From: Candidatus Brocadiia bacterium
Lineage (GTDB): Bacteria > Planctomycetota > Brocadiia > SM23-32
Assembly (NCBI GenBank): GCA_046538485.1
Contig: JBKHIT010000002.1
Location: forward strand, 96,001-160,000
DNA: 64,000 nucleotides
Direction of reading: 5' to 3'
The position numbers and the translations under genes were made by a program. The stretch's first letter is position 1. Each line of letters starts with the position of its first letter. Under the pieces are notes generated by a model. That model ran no database searches. It was not told the origin of the DNA and saw only the letters and a list, made by a program, of their open reading frames with translations. Of the stretch, positions 19,955 to 29,268 are shown piece by piece.

Positions 19955-20968
19955 ATGCTTGTAATGGCATTTGAGACTTCCTGCGATGATACCTCGTGTG
20001 CCATTGTTGAAGATGGCAGGCAAGTGCTTTCTAATATCGTCAGTGATCAGGATGAGCTGCACGAACGTTTCGGGGGAATTGTGCCTGAGGTGGCGTGTCG
20101 CGCTCATATCGAAAATATCTTACCCGTGATGAGACAGGCAATCGACGCGGCCGAAATGAAGCTTAGCAGTGTCGATGCTGTCGCTGTTACCAACACTCCC
20201 GGCCTTATCGGGTCTCTGTTAATTGGGCTGACTGCGGCGAAGGCTGTGAGTTGGGCTTTCGATCTGCCTCTGGCTACTGTCAACCATCTGGAAGCTCACA
20301 GCTATGCACCATGGCTGAACGGCGAACCGCCTCCGTTACCGGCTATTGGGTTGGTGGTGAGCGGGGGCCATACCAATTTGTCTTGCATACGCGGTCCACT
20401 CGAACATGAACTTTTGGGGGCGACAAGAGATGATGCCGCAGGAGAAGCTTTTGATAAGGTGGCGAATATACTAAAGCTCGGTTTCCCCGGAGGCCCGGTT
20501 ATCGAGAAGACCGCCGAGAATGGAGATCCGGAAGCGGTCAACTTCCCGCGAGCCTGGTTGAATAAGGATACGCTTGATTTTAGTTTCAGCGGGGTAAAAA
20601 CGGCTGTCCTTTACCACTGTCTCGGCCAGAATGCCTCCAAAGACGATATCGAAGACGCGGACTACGATCCGGATTTTGTTGCGAACGTTGCGGCAAGTTT
20701 CCAGAAAGCGGTTGTCGATGTTCTGATAGCGAAAACGAAACTGGCACTGGAAAAGACGGGTTTGCAGACACTGATAGTTGGCGGTGGGGTGGCGGCGAAT
20801 AAGTTGTTGCGGCAAAAGCTCAAAGAATTGACCCATGACCTATCTGTTGATTTGTTTCTTGCACCTCTGAAATACTGCCGTGATAATGCTGCCATTGTCG
20901 GGGGACTTGCTTATCATCTCCTAAAAGCCAAAAATCTGGCTTCGCTGGACGCGGAAGCGCAGCCGTGA
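19955..20968 (+). CDS. tsaD: tRNA N6-adenosine threonylcarbamoyltransferase
   Basis: FETSCDDT, GGIVPEVACRAH, NHLEAH, VSGGHT, DDAAGEAFDK, GGGVAAN, DNAA. Confidence 0.96.
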   Translation: MLVMAFETSCDDTSCAIVEDGRQVLSNIVSDQDELHERFGGIVPEVACRAHIENILPVMRQAIDAAEMKLSSVDAVAVTNTPGLIGSLLIGLTAAKAVSWAFDLPLATVNHLEAHSYAPWLNGEPPPLPAIGLVVSGGHTNLSCIRGPLEHELLGATRDDAAGEAFDKVANILKLGFPGGPVIEKTAENGDPEAVNFPRAWLNKDTLDFSFSGVKTAVLYHCLGQNASKDDIEDADYDPDFVANVAASFQKAVVDVLIAKTKLALEKTGLQTLIVGGGVAANKLLRQKLKELTHDLSVDLFLAPLKYCRDNAAIVGGLAYHLLKAKNLASLDAEAQP

Positions 20969-20995
20969 TTTCTTAACCAGGGAGTTACCTACACC

Positions 20996-21781
20996 ATGGA
21001 TGAATTGTCTTTGCGCCAGTTGCTGGACAAAGTTGCCGCGGGGGAAGTGTCGATTGAAGATGCGCTGGGTGAATTGCGGCATCTTCCGTTTGAAGATATT
21101 GGATTTGCGAAGGTCGATCACCACAGATCGTTGCGTTGTGGCCGAGCCGAGGTAATTTTGTGCGAGGGCAAAACCCCGGACCAAGTCGGCAAGATCGCCG
21201 GCAAAATTTTCGAACGAAGTGACCAGGTCCTGGCCACGCGCGCTACCCAGGAGCATTATGACGCTGTTGCCCGAATTGTTCCCGAGGCAAAATACCGGGA
21301 ACAGGCGCGGTGCGTGGTTATTCAGGAGGAAAAACCCGTCCCGCGCGGTCAGGTTGTGGTTGTAACAGCCGGCACAAGCGATATCCCGGTGGCGGCTGAA
21401 GCGGTCGTTACGGCCGAGGTATATGGAGCGAACGTGGAGATGGTCAGCGATGTTGGGGTGGCCGGGATCCATCGTCTGCTGGGTTACGCCCGTCTGTTAC
21501 AATCGGCCAAAGCTATTGTTGTGGTGGCAGGGATGGAGGGGGCGCTGGCGAGTGTGGTGGGAGGAATGGTGCAATGTCCCGTTATCGGTGTGCCGACAAG
21601 TGTTGGCTACGGAGCGAGTTTGCAGGGGATTGCCCCGCTGCTCACCATGCTGAATAGCTGCGCGTCGGGCGTGACGGTGGTCAATATCGATAATGGTTTC
21701 GGAGGCGGATATATGGCAGCTCTTATCAATGAAACCGCCCTGGATTTGGATACCGAAGACATGCAACCGGAAGGGAATTGA
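20996..21781 (+). CDS. larB: LarB-family (AIR carboxylase-like) nickel-pincer cofactor biosynthesis protein
   Basis: FAKVDHHRSLRCG..EVI.CEGKT, TAGTSDIPVAAEA, DVGVAGIHRL, AGMEGAL.SV, PTSVGYG, MLNSCA.GV.VVNIDNGFG. Confidence 0.92.
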   Translation: MDELSLRQLLDKVAAGEVSIEDALGELRHLPFEDIGFAKVDHHRSLRCGRAEVILCEGKTPDQVGKIAGKIFERSDQVLATRATQEHYDAVARIVPEAKYREQARCVVIQEEKPVPRGQVVVVTAGTSDIPVAAEAVVTAEVYGANVEMVSDVGVAGIHRLLGYARLLQSAKAIVVVAGMEGALASVVGGMVQCPVIGVPTSVGYGASLQGIAPLLTMLNSCASGVTVVNIDNGFGGGYMAALINETALDLDTEDMQPEGN

Positions 21782-21784
21782 AGT

Positions 21785-22711
21785 ATGAATGATGGAACGA
21801 AATTGCCGCGGATACCCCCGCGATCGGCGGACGCGCATAAAGGTGATTTTGGCCACGTTCTGGTTGTAGGCGGAAGCCCCGGGATGACAGGGGCGCCCTG
21901 TATAGCAGCTCTTGCCGCGCAAAAATCGGGCGCAGGGTTGGTGACCGTGGGGATTCCTGAAACTTTGAATGTTGTAGTTGAAGCGCGGCTGCTGAGCGTT
22001 ATGTCATGGCCGCTGGAAGAATGCGGGGCGAAACGACTTGGTTCAGAGGCGGCAACGGAGATCCTTCAGGAGGCTGAAAAATTTGACATCTGCGCTCTTG
22101 GGCCAGGTTTGGGACGCGCTCCGGAAACGCAGGAAATGGTGCGATCTTTGGTAACCGACTCTGAGCTGCCCCTGATCATCGATGCCGATGGTTTGAATGC
22201 CCTGGCGACGGATTTGAAACCGGTCCGGGATCGATCGTGTCCCACCGTGCTGACTCCGCATCCGGGCGAAATGAAACGGCTTGTCGGAGCCGAAGATGTG
22301 AGCTGCATTCAACACGACCGGAGTGAAGTTGCGCGCAGACTGGCCCGAGAAGTTGGAGCGGTTGTCGTTCTAAAAGGCTCCGGCACGGTGGTAACGGATG
22401 GCGGTGAGATTTATGTTAACCTGACCGGCAATCCCGGTATGGCAACCGGAGGTATGGGAGACGTTCTCACGGGGGTGATTTCGGCCCTTGCTTGCCAGGG
22501 ACTCGATTCATTTGATGCCGCTCGCCTTGGTGTCTTTGTCCACGGATTGGCCGGCGACCTGGCGGCCCGAAAATATGGGGCAATTTCAGTGATGCCTGAA
22601 GACGTGCTGGATTTGCTCCCGGTTGCGTTTTTGGCGCTTGGAGAGGCCGGAGATAAAAATCTGGAAGAGACTTTCAATGCCGAGAGAGTTATCGAGGTGA
22701 CTTTAAGTTAA
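21785..22711 (+). CDS. nnrD: ADP-dependent NAD(P)H-hydrate dehydratase (YjeF C-terminal domain only)
   Basis: HKGDFGHVLVVGGS..MTGA, GPGLG, IDADGLN, LTPHPGEM, VLKG, MATGGMGDVLTG. Confidence 0.93.
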   Translation: MNDGTKLPRIPPRSADAHKGDFGHVLVVGGSPGMTGAPCIAALAAQKSGAGLVTVGIPETLNVVVEARLLSVMSWPLEECGAKRLGSEAATEILQEAEKFDICALGPGLGRAPETQEMVRSLVTDSELPLIIDADGLNALATDLKPVRDRSCPTVLTPHPGEMKRLVGAEDVSCIQHDRSEVARRLAREVGAVVVLKGSGTVVTDGGEIYVNLTGNPGMATGGMGDVLTGVISALACQGLDSFDAARLGVFVHGLAGDLAARKYGAISVMPEDVLDLLPVAFLALGEAGDKNLEETFNAERVIEVTLS

Positions 22712-22716
22712 CTGTC

Positions 22717-23028
22717 CTATGGCACAGTTTCTTCCAGGTCACCTTCTTTCGGCGGTTGTAGAAGCTGGTGAGGGTACTCGCGTTTTGTCAGTCTGCGGTC
22801 CCAGGAATTGGTAATTTCTTGATAAAGCAGGTCTCTTTTAAACGGTGGCAATTCCACATTTGTGCCGTATGTTTCACTTTTCAGATAGCCGCTGAGTACC
22901 GTGGCATTTCTGTAAACTGTCGCGGCGTAACTCTCCACTCGATTTCGGAAATAAACGGCGAGAAAAAAGGTCGCTATCAAAAGCAATATCAGGCTCCCCT
23001 GAACAATTAGTCCGACGCGTTTTTTCAT
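22717..23028 (-). CDS. Small bitopic membrane protein in the pil cluster
   Basis: Single N-terminal TM; starts 2 nt after the upstream stop; SD AAGGA. Confidence 0.6.
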   Translation of the reverse strand: MKKRVGLIVQGSLILLLIATFFLAVYFRNRVESYAATVYRNATVLSGYLKSETYGTNVELPPFKRDLLYQEITNSWDRRLTKREYPHQLLQPPKEGDLEETVP

Positions 23029-23030
23029 GA

Positions 23031-23891
23031 TTATCCTTCTGGCTCGCCGGGCCGATAAAAATCAAAGATATAGAGTCCCAGCTGAACTCGAACAATTCCG
23101 GGACGAAGTTCGTCGGGAGTTTCTAAGGCAACACTCCTGACGGAAATACAAGGTTCTTCGGTTGTTCTTGATACCCGGACGATTTGATCGAGCATTTCAC
23201 CGAGGGTTTTGAATCGGGTGGTGAAAGTGATGTCGACGGGTAAGAGCCGATATCGCACCACTCTGAGCTCTCCCTCCGGGACAGGTGGTTGCTCCGGCAT
23301 AATGGGCTCATGTATATGCATCAGTTCGATAACAGTACTGGGGTCATGGGTCAATTCGCCCGGAGGCTGGGGATCCGGATGCCCGATAAGGATACGCGCA
23401 AGTGCTGTGGCTTTCTCCAGCCTGTCGATTTGATCGGGTTCCGGCCGGCCTTTTGCCTCTTCTTCCCAATCGTCCAGTGGGCCTAACTCCAGAAAATTAA
23501 GATTTCCGGCACGATCGGACAATTTGTTTTTTTCGCTCCGGAATTCGTTTGCCACCTGATAGGCTTGAGAGCGAGGCCCTTTGAAAATTTCATCGTTGAG
23601 GTCGCCGCTATGCCGAATGTAATAGGAAGCGCATGTCTCGGCCTCTTTACGCATTTCTTTCTTGCGAGTCTCGTATTTCTCAATTAAACCCGCCGTGGGG
23701 AGATTTTCTTCTTCGGGGCTTTTGTCCTTCAAAGAGAGAATGGATTCCTGTTGTTTCGCCAGTGTTTGGTGAGTCTGTAATAGTGTTTGCCTCAAGGGGA
23801 TGATCTTAAATGCCAAAAATGCAAACAGACTCAGCCATATTACACCCACCACAATTGTGGTTATGAGTCTTTTGGTGCTCGCATCCACCAT
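23031..23891 (-). CDS. PilO/GspM-like type IV pilus alignment-complex protein
   Basis: ATG 23891 with SD GGAG; N-terminal TM, coiled coil, C-terminal YRLLPVDITFTTRFKTLGEML pattern; directly downstream of pilM. Confidence 0.6.
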   Translation of the reverse strand: MVDASTKRLITTIVVGVIWLSLFAFLAFKIIPLRQTLLQTHQTLAKQQESILSLKDKSPEEENLPTAGLIEKYETRKKEMRKEAETCASYYIRHSGDLNDEIFKGPRSQAYQVANEFRSEKNKLSDRAGNLNFLELGPLDDWEEEAKGRPEPDQIDRLEKATALARILIGHPDPQPPGELTHDPSTVIELMHIHEPIMPEQPPVPEGELRVVRYRLLPVDITFTTRFKTLGEMLDQIVRVSRTTEEPCISVRSVALETPDELRPGIVRVQLGLYIFDFYRPGEPEG

Positions 23892-23907
23892 CTGTTTCTC
23901 CAGAAAA

Positions 23908-25866
23908 TCAGTCGTCTTTCTCTTTGAAGTTTGATTCGTAAATTCTAAGAACACCTGTGAATGGGAGAGCCGATGGCACCTCTGCCCGAATTGTGAACTC
24001 ACCGGTGAGGTGATTCCACTCTGAGACGCCGATCCTGGCTGCAGAGAATTCACCTTTGATATCGCCGCCTTCGAATTCATTATTCAGCAAGAGCTTGTCG
24101 TCAGATTGGACCTTTGCGAGAGAATACCAGATACCGTCTTCGTGAGCCATAATTTCATCGCCTTCTTTCAGGGTTTCACTCCATCTGGTATTCGAACCCG
24201 TCACGAGTCGTTTGCCGGCTTCGAATGTTGCTTTGCCCTGTGAGCGGGTAAGTAGCAAAGAATTGCGCAGGTGGTTTTTGAGCCGACCGTTAAGTGATGC
24301 ATAAGCTTCTTTATTTTCCATCCCCGGTGGTGTATGGATCTGCCCGACCACCGAAAGGACAGTTTCAGCGGTCGAGGCCAACTTTTTGGTTTTTCTCTCT
24401 TCCTCTTTTTTGTCGTCTTCAGGGGCTTTTTCGGAATTGTGTAATTTTGTGTGATAACATTCCATCGAGAAAAGCTGGAAATATACTGTACCGTGCCGGT
24501 TGGCTTCTTCAAAAACCCTCACAACTTCATCGAAAATCAGAGCAGTTTGCGCGCGCCCGTTACTGAGAGAAGGAAGGAAATCCATCTCCCGTTCGATGGC
24601 CTCCCATTCCGTTGCGTCTCTAAGCGCGTTTTTGTTCTCCCGGTATGTGGCAAGAACGTCCTGAGCACGATCCTGAGCCTCTTTTAGATATTGCTTGACC
24701 CGAACGCCAAGCAGAAAGGCAATTACGACGATTCCCCACAGGACAATACCCGTAGAGAATAGGAACCTTTTGGCGGTAGACGCTTGAGTTTTTAGAGCGA
24801 CATTTTCGGGGACGAAAGAGGCTCTGACAGGGGTTTTGTCGAGTGCTTTAATCCCGGTTCCAATTGCCACAGCGAGTCGATCGAAATTTTTCTGGATGAT
24901 TCGTGCGTCGATATCCGGGGAGACGAAAATGTGTTCCAGCGATCTGATATCCAAGAGTTTCTTCTTGAGGCTTTGACGCACCTGCGCTTTAAGTCCTGTC
25001 AGGCGGGCTGCTCCGCCGATGGCGTAGACTCTGTCGTAGGAGACATCTTCGCCCTGTCGTCGAAGATAATCGAGTGTCGTTTTGAGCTCGGCAGCCAGTT
25101 CGTGCAGGCCGGGTTTGATAGCTTCCACCAGATTTTCGGCCATCTCGGACCGGGCGATTCGTTTTTTTGCCTGTTCAGCTTGATCGAAAGGGATGTCGAA
25201 TTCATCTCGCAGCAACCAGGTAATTCTGTTACCGCCAATTCCAAGGTTTCGCATCCAGAAACGATTACCATCCATTGAGACCAGACATGTGTTTTCGGCT
25301 CCGACATCGAATAAAAGCGCTGAACCCTGCTGTTCTGTTTCGAACTGAAGCAGACTGAGGTCTGCCAGGGGGGCAATCGTAATTTCGACGATACGTTCCG
25401 CATCCGCTTCTGCGAACGCCTGGAGGTAGGTATGGATGGACGTTTTTTTGACGGCGAAAATCATACCCCTTTTGGTCGCCTCTTCCCCTTTGGCGTCGAA
25501 TAAGTGATAATCCCAGAGGACTTCATCGAGAACAAAAGGGATGGCGTTGGAAGCTTCGAAATTAACGAGTTCTTCTACGTCGCGTTTACCGACGAGAGCG
25601 ATCTCAATTTCGCGAATGAGGGCATTCTGCGCGGGAACCGCAAAAGCGACAGGATATTTGTCGATACGATGGCGTTTGTCGAATTCTTCAAGAGCATCCC
25701 ACAGTCTCGTATCTCGACTCGGTTCTTTGAGCGCTTCCGGCGGATCGCCTTTCAAAGATATGATGTCGGCGTCAAGAATTTCGACTCCGTCTCGCACGGG
25801 GGTAATTAATACCCCTTTCAGGGCACTTCGTCCGAGGTCAATAGCCCATATCTTTGGTGCGAACAT
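23908..25866 (-). CDS. pilM: Type IV pilus assembly protein PilM fused to a TM plus PilN-like periplasmic region
   Basis: Actin-like motifs WAIDLGRSALK, VNFEASNAIPF..DEV.WDY, FDVGAENT, IGGAARLTGL, AVAIG; then a TM helix and ~270 aa extension. Confidence 0.85.
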   Translation of the reverse strand: MFAPKIWAIDLGRSALKGVLITPVRDGVEILDADIISLKGDPPEALKEPSRDTRLWDALEEFDKRHRIDKYPVAFAVPAQNALIREIEIALVGKRDVEELVNFEASNAIPFVLDEVLWDYHLFDAKGEEATKRGMIFAVKKTSIHTYLQAFAEADAERIVEITIAPLADLSLLQFETEQQGSALLFDVGAENTCLVSMDGNRFWMRNLGIGGNRITWLLRDEFDIPFDQAEQAKKRIARSEMAENLVEAIKPGLHELAAELKTTLDYLRRQGEDVSYDRVYAIGGAARLTGLKAQVRQSLKKKLLDIRSLEHIFVSPDIDARIIQKNFDRLAVAIGTGIKALDKTPVRASFVPENVALKTQASTAKRFLFSTGIVLWGIVVIAFLLGVRVKQYLKEAQDRAQDVLATYRENKNALRDATEWEAIEREMDFLPSLSNGRAQTALIFDEVVRVFEEANRHGTVYFQLFSMECYHTKLHNSEKAPEDDKKEEERKTKKLASTAETVLSVVGQIHTPPGMENKEAYASLNGRLKNHLRNSLLLTRSQGKATFEAGKRLVTGSNTRWSETLKEGDEIMAHEDGIWYSLAKVQSDDKLLLNNEFEGGDIKGEFSAARIGVSEWNHLTGEFTIRAEVPSALPFTGVLRIYESNFKEKDD

Positions 25867-26163
25867 AGTTCCTGGCCGTTCAGATCATCAGCGAGTTTAT
25901 GAGATTTGCTTTTTCCGGGAGGCCCCACGGCCTCCTAAACCGTCCATAACTATGGACAAGTGCGGTTTTTTTTTCAAGCAGGATTCGGATTTTTTGAAGC
26001 TCCCTCTCCCGTTTGTTTGCAGAGAATTAAATATTTTTCCCCCACACATGGAGATATTATCCTATCGGTTTCGGAGCCATGGCGTCAATCGCTATCGCTG
26101 AAAACGCTGTTTTTTCTTCGTCAAAACTCAGCCAATAGGCTTTCGATGATAAGGTCGTGTGAC

Positions 26164-26191
26164 TTGATTTTGGAGGGGTATCGCCTATAAT
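26164..26191 (+). promoter_or_regulatory. Putative sigma70 promoter for the GH42 gene
   Basis: TTGATT-N16-TATAAT, ~100 bp upstream of ATG 26290. Confidence 0.5.
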
Positions 26192-26289
26192 GCCTCGAAA
26201 CCGCGCCGGCTTTCTGCCGGAGGCGAAAAGAGAGATAATCCATCACGAAAACATCGGCTCAGCCGCCTATCGACCCGCCGGAGGTTCAA

Positions 26290-28275
26290 ATGAAATTGGG
26301 CGTTGCCTATTACCCCGAGCAGTGGCCTGAAAATCAGTGGGAAAAAGACCTTGATATGATGGCTGATATTGGGATGGAGGTCGTGCGACTGGGCGAATTT
26401 GCATGGTTCAGGTTGGAACCCCGCCGTGAGCGTTACGAGTTTGAATGGCTTGAGAATGTCATTGAACTTACAGGCGAACGCGGTTTTGAGATTGTGCTGG
26501 GAACTCCCACTGCAGCTCCGCCCCCGTGGTTATTTAATCGACACCCAAACATTATGCCACAAGATCGAGAGGGGAACGTCTGGTATATGGGGAGCCGACG
26601 TCACGTCTGTATCAACAATACAGCATATTTGAAATACGTTCGCCGGATTGTGAACGAATTGGCCAGACAATTCGGGAGAGATGAACGCATCAGTGCCTGG
26701 CAAATTGATAATGAATTGGCACTGGGACCAACCGGGTTATGCTACTGTGAGGAGTGTGAGAAAGAGTTCACACGCTGGCTCAAAAGGCGTTACGGCACCA
26801 TCGAACGGTTGAACCGAATGTGGGGGACAGCTGTCTGGAGCCAGGGATTCAGTGATTGGCACGAAATTCCTGCTCCCAAACGTACCACTTGCGGTCCTCA
26901 CCCGTCACTCGCTCTGGATTATAAACGATTTTTCTCCGCGCGGTGCCGCGCTTTTGTGGAGGAACAAAAGGAGATGATCAAGAGATATGCCGGCGAAGAT
27001 GTAGTGGTTACTGTGAACGAACCGGAAGGCTTTGCCCTGCCGCATATCGATTTGTTCACCCTTTCGGAAGCGGAGACGGTCGCATCACTGGACAATTATC
27101 CCAGCGATGCAGACCGAAGACACAACGCGGCCCTTGGCCTGGATTTGGCCCGGTCTTTGCATAAAAAACCCTTCTGGGTTCTGGAGCAACAGGCGGGCGC
27201 GCCGTTAATTCGCGAACACGCTCAACAGCCCCGTCCCGGCCAGCTTCGGCTGTGGTCTTACCAGGCGGCTGCTCACGGAGCGGAGACAATTGTTTATTTC
27301 CGCTGGCGTACGGCGGCCGCCGGCCAGGAAATGCACTGGAACGGAATTATCGATTCCGACGGTATCCCAAGACGACGTTTCGACGAGTTGAAGGCAACGA
27401 TATCCGAATTAAAAGCGAAGGCGGAGGCCTGGGAAGGCCACCTGCCAGAGGCGCGTGTGGCCATTGCCCTCGACTACAATTCTGCCTGGGCGTTGGAAGC
27501 TACACCTTTGGCGATGCACCCGGACTACTTTGAGCAGGCGCGGATGTTCCACAGAATTCTGAGGGGTTTCGGGGTTGCGGTTGACTTTGCAGATGTTCAA
27601 AAGGATCTGAAGAATTACGATATTGTGCTCCTTCCAATGCCTTTTATCGCTGTCGCTTCCCTTGCAAAGAATCTTGAACGCTTTGTTCGGGAGGGAGGGG
27701 GCGTGCTGGTTACTGCGCCCGCGGGGTACAAAACGCAAGCCAATACAAACGCCGAAAATCGCCGACCAGGCTGCCTTTCTCAATTGCTTGGTGTCGAAGT
27801 GGTCGAGCATGATGTCCTGAATTCGCGCATATCAAATAGCGTGCGTTTTAAGGAAGAGGATCAAGAATACAAAGTCGAAGAGTTTTGCTCCATTCTGGAG
27901 CTGCAGGGTGCCGAGGCACTGGCTTTTTACACGGATCAATACTACGCCGAATCGGCGGCCATTACCGTGCAAAAGGTCGAAAAGGGTTACTCCTATTTTG
28001 TAGCGGCAGATGTCGGGGAAGAATGCTACCGGGAATTGATTGGAATGTTACTGGAAGATAATGAAATCCAAGTGCATGATTGGGGAGACGATGACGTAGA
28101 AATTATTCCTCTTTCGGTTGAGGGCGAAGAGGAGCGTATTTTTGTGCTCAATCACTCGGCAAATGAAGTTAAACTGGAATCGGAGGATACGGCTGCTAAA
28201 GATATTCTTACTGGCAAAAAAAATGGGGAGATTATCCTCGAACCCTATGGCGTGGCAATCGTTGTGAAAAAGTAA
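26290..28275 (+). CDS. Beta-galactosidase, GH42
   Basis: GVAYYPEQW, EFAW..LEP, GTPTAAPP.W, acid/base WQIDNE, CYCEEC, nucleophile FWVLEQQAG, YFRWR...GQE..W.G. Confidence 0.93.
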   Translation: MKLGVAYYPEQWPENQWEKDLDMMADIGMEVVRLGEFAWFRLEPRRERYEFEWLENVIELTGERGFEIVLGTPTAAPPPWLFNRHPNIMPQDREGNVWYMGSRRHVCINNTAYLKYVRRIVNELARQFGRDERISAWQIDNELALGPTGLCYCEECEKEFTRWLKRRYGTIERLNRMWGTAVWSQGFSDWHEIPAPKRTTCGPHPSLALDYKRFFSARCRAFVEEQKEMIKRYAGEDVVVTVNEPEGFALPHIDLFTLSEAETVASLDNYPSDADRRHNAALGLDLARSLHKKPFWVLEQQAGAPLIREHAQQPRPGQLRLWSYQAAAHGAETIVYFRWRTAAAGQEMHWNGIIDSDGIPRRRFDELKATISELKAKAEAWEGHLPEARVAIALDYNSAWALEATPLAMHPDYFEQARMFHRILRGFGVAVDFADVQKDLKNYDIVLLPMPFIAVASLAKNLERFVREGGGVLVTAPAGYKTQANTNAENRRPGCLSQLLGVEVVEHDVLNSRISNSVRFKEEDQEYKVEEFCSILELQGAEALAFYTDQYYAESAAITVQKVEKGYSYFVAADVGEECYRELIGMLLEDNEIQVHDWGDDDVEIIPLSVEGEEERIFVLNHSANEVKLESEDTAAKDILTGKKNGEIILEPYGVAIVVKK

Positions 28276-28326
28276 AGCTGTTGGGCAGCTTCATCTGTTG
28301 TGATTGCGAAATCAGGAGAAAATATT

Positions 28327-29097
28327 GTGGATGCTATCTTGCTGGCAGGAGGTTATGCGACCCGGCTTTATCCGCTGACCAAAGACAGGCCTAAGGCCCT
28401 TTTGCCGGTGGGCGGGAAACCTATCCTGGATTACGTTGTGGAAGAGCTGAAAACAAGTGATAAAATCGATAAACTTTTTTTGGTAACCAACGCTAAATTC
28501 GCGCCCCATTTCCAGGAGTGGGCAGATAGGTATGTTGAGGGCGAGAACATCCAGATCCTCGATGATGGGACGGATTCAAACGCCGACCGTCTCGGAGCCC
28601 TCGGTGATGTGCGTTTCGTGCTGAATCATGCCGATGTCGACACCGATTCAGGTGTGTATGTTCTTGGTACGGACAACCTGGCCGACTTCAATATTACTGA
28701 TATTGTGGACCTGGCCCTGGAGAAAAAGGGCAGTGCTGTTTTTGCCAGTCGTATCGATAGCGAAGGAAAACTGACGAGAATGGGAGTGGCGACAGTTAAC
28801 GACGAGGGCCGGGTTGTGGATTTCATCGAAAAACCCGATAATCCGCCAAGCAACCTGGCGGTTCCGCCATTTTATGTCTATTCTCCGAACGCCGTACAGT
28901 TGTTGCGAGATTACTTGAACGACGAATCAAATAACCCGGATGCCCCCGGCCATTATATCTCCTGGCTTGTCCATCAAGATGACGTTTATGCCCTGATAAC
29001 AGATCAGACTGTTCTGGATATTGGGACGCCTGAAAGCTACCAGGAAGTGCAGGAGAAGTGGTCCGGCGGTGAAGAAATGTTCACAGGGAAGAGCTAA
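28327..29097 (+). CDS. Sugar-phosphate nucleotidyltransferase
   Basis: AILLAGGYATRLYPLT.DRPKALLPV, FIEKP, DIGTPESY; GTG start with SD AGGAG. Confidence 0.9.
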   Translation: MDAILLAGGYATRLYPLTKDRPKALLPVGGKPILDYVVEELKTSDKIDKLFLVTNAKFAPHFQEWADRYVEGENIQILDDGTDSNADRLGALGDVRFVLNHADVDTDSGVYVLGTDNLADFNITDIVDLALEKKGSAVFASRIDSEGKLTRMGVATVNDEGRVVDFIEKPDNPPSNLAVPPFYVYSPNAVQLLRDYLNDESNNPDAPGHYISWLVHQDDVYALITDQTVLDIGTPESYQEVQEKWSGGEEMFTGKS

Positions 29098-29164
29098 GAC
29101 CGAGAAGGCAGCGCAAACTACATCTCGCCTTTTTCGAAGGGTATTCTGCATGCATGCCGTTTGC

Positions 29165-29192
29165 TTGACATCGCCCGCGGTCCTGTTATGAT
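29165..29192 (+). promoter_or_regulatory. Putative sigma70 promoter for fba
   Basis: TTGACA-N16-TATGAT with an extended -10 TG. Confidence 0.6.
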
Positions 29193-29268
29193 ATCGGCTC
29201 CGTTGGGCAGACTCCTGCCCGAAATTGCTGTTTTTCTGAATTCCCTCTTTATAGTGTGAGGTGCTTCC

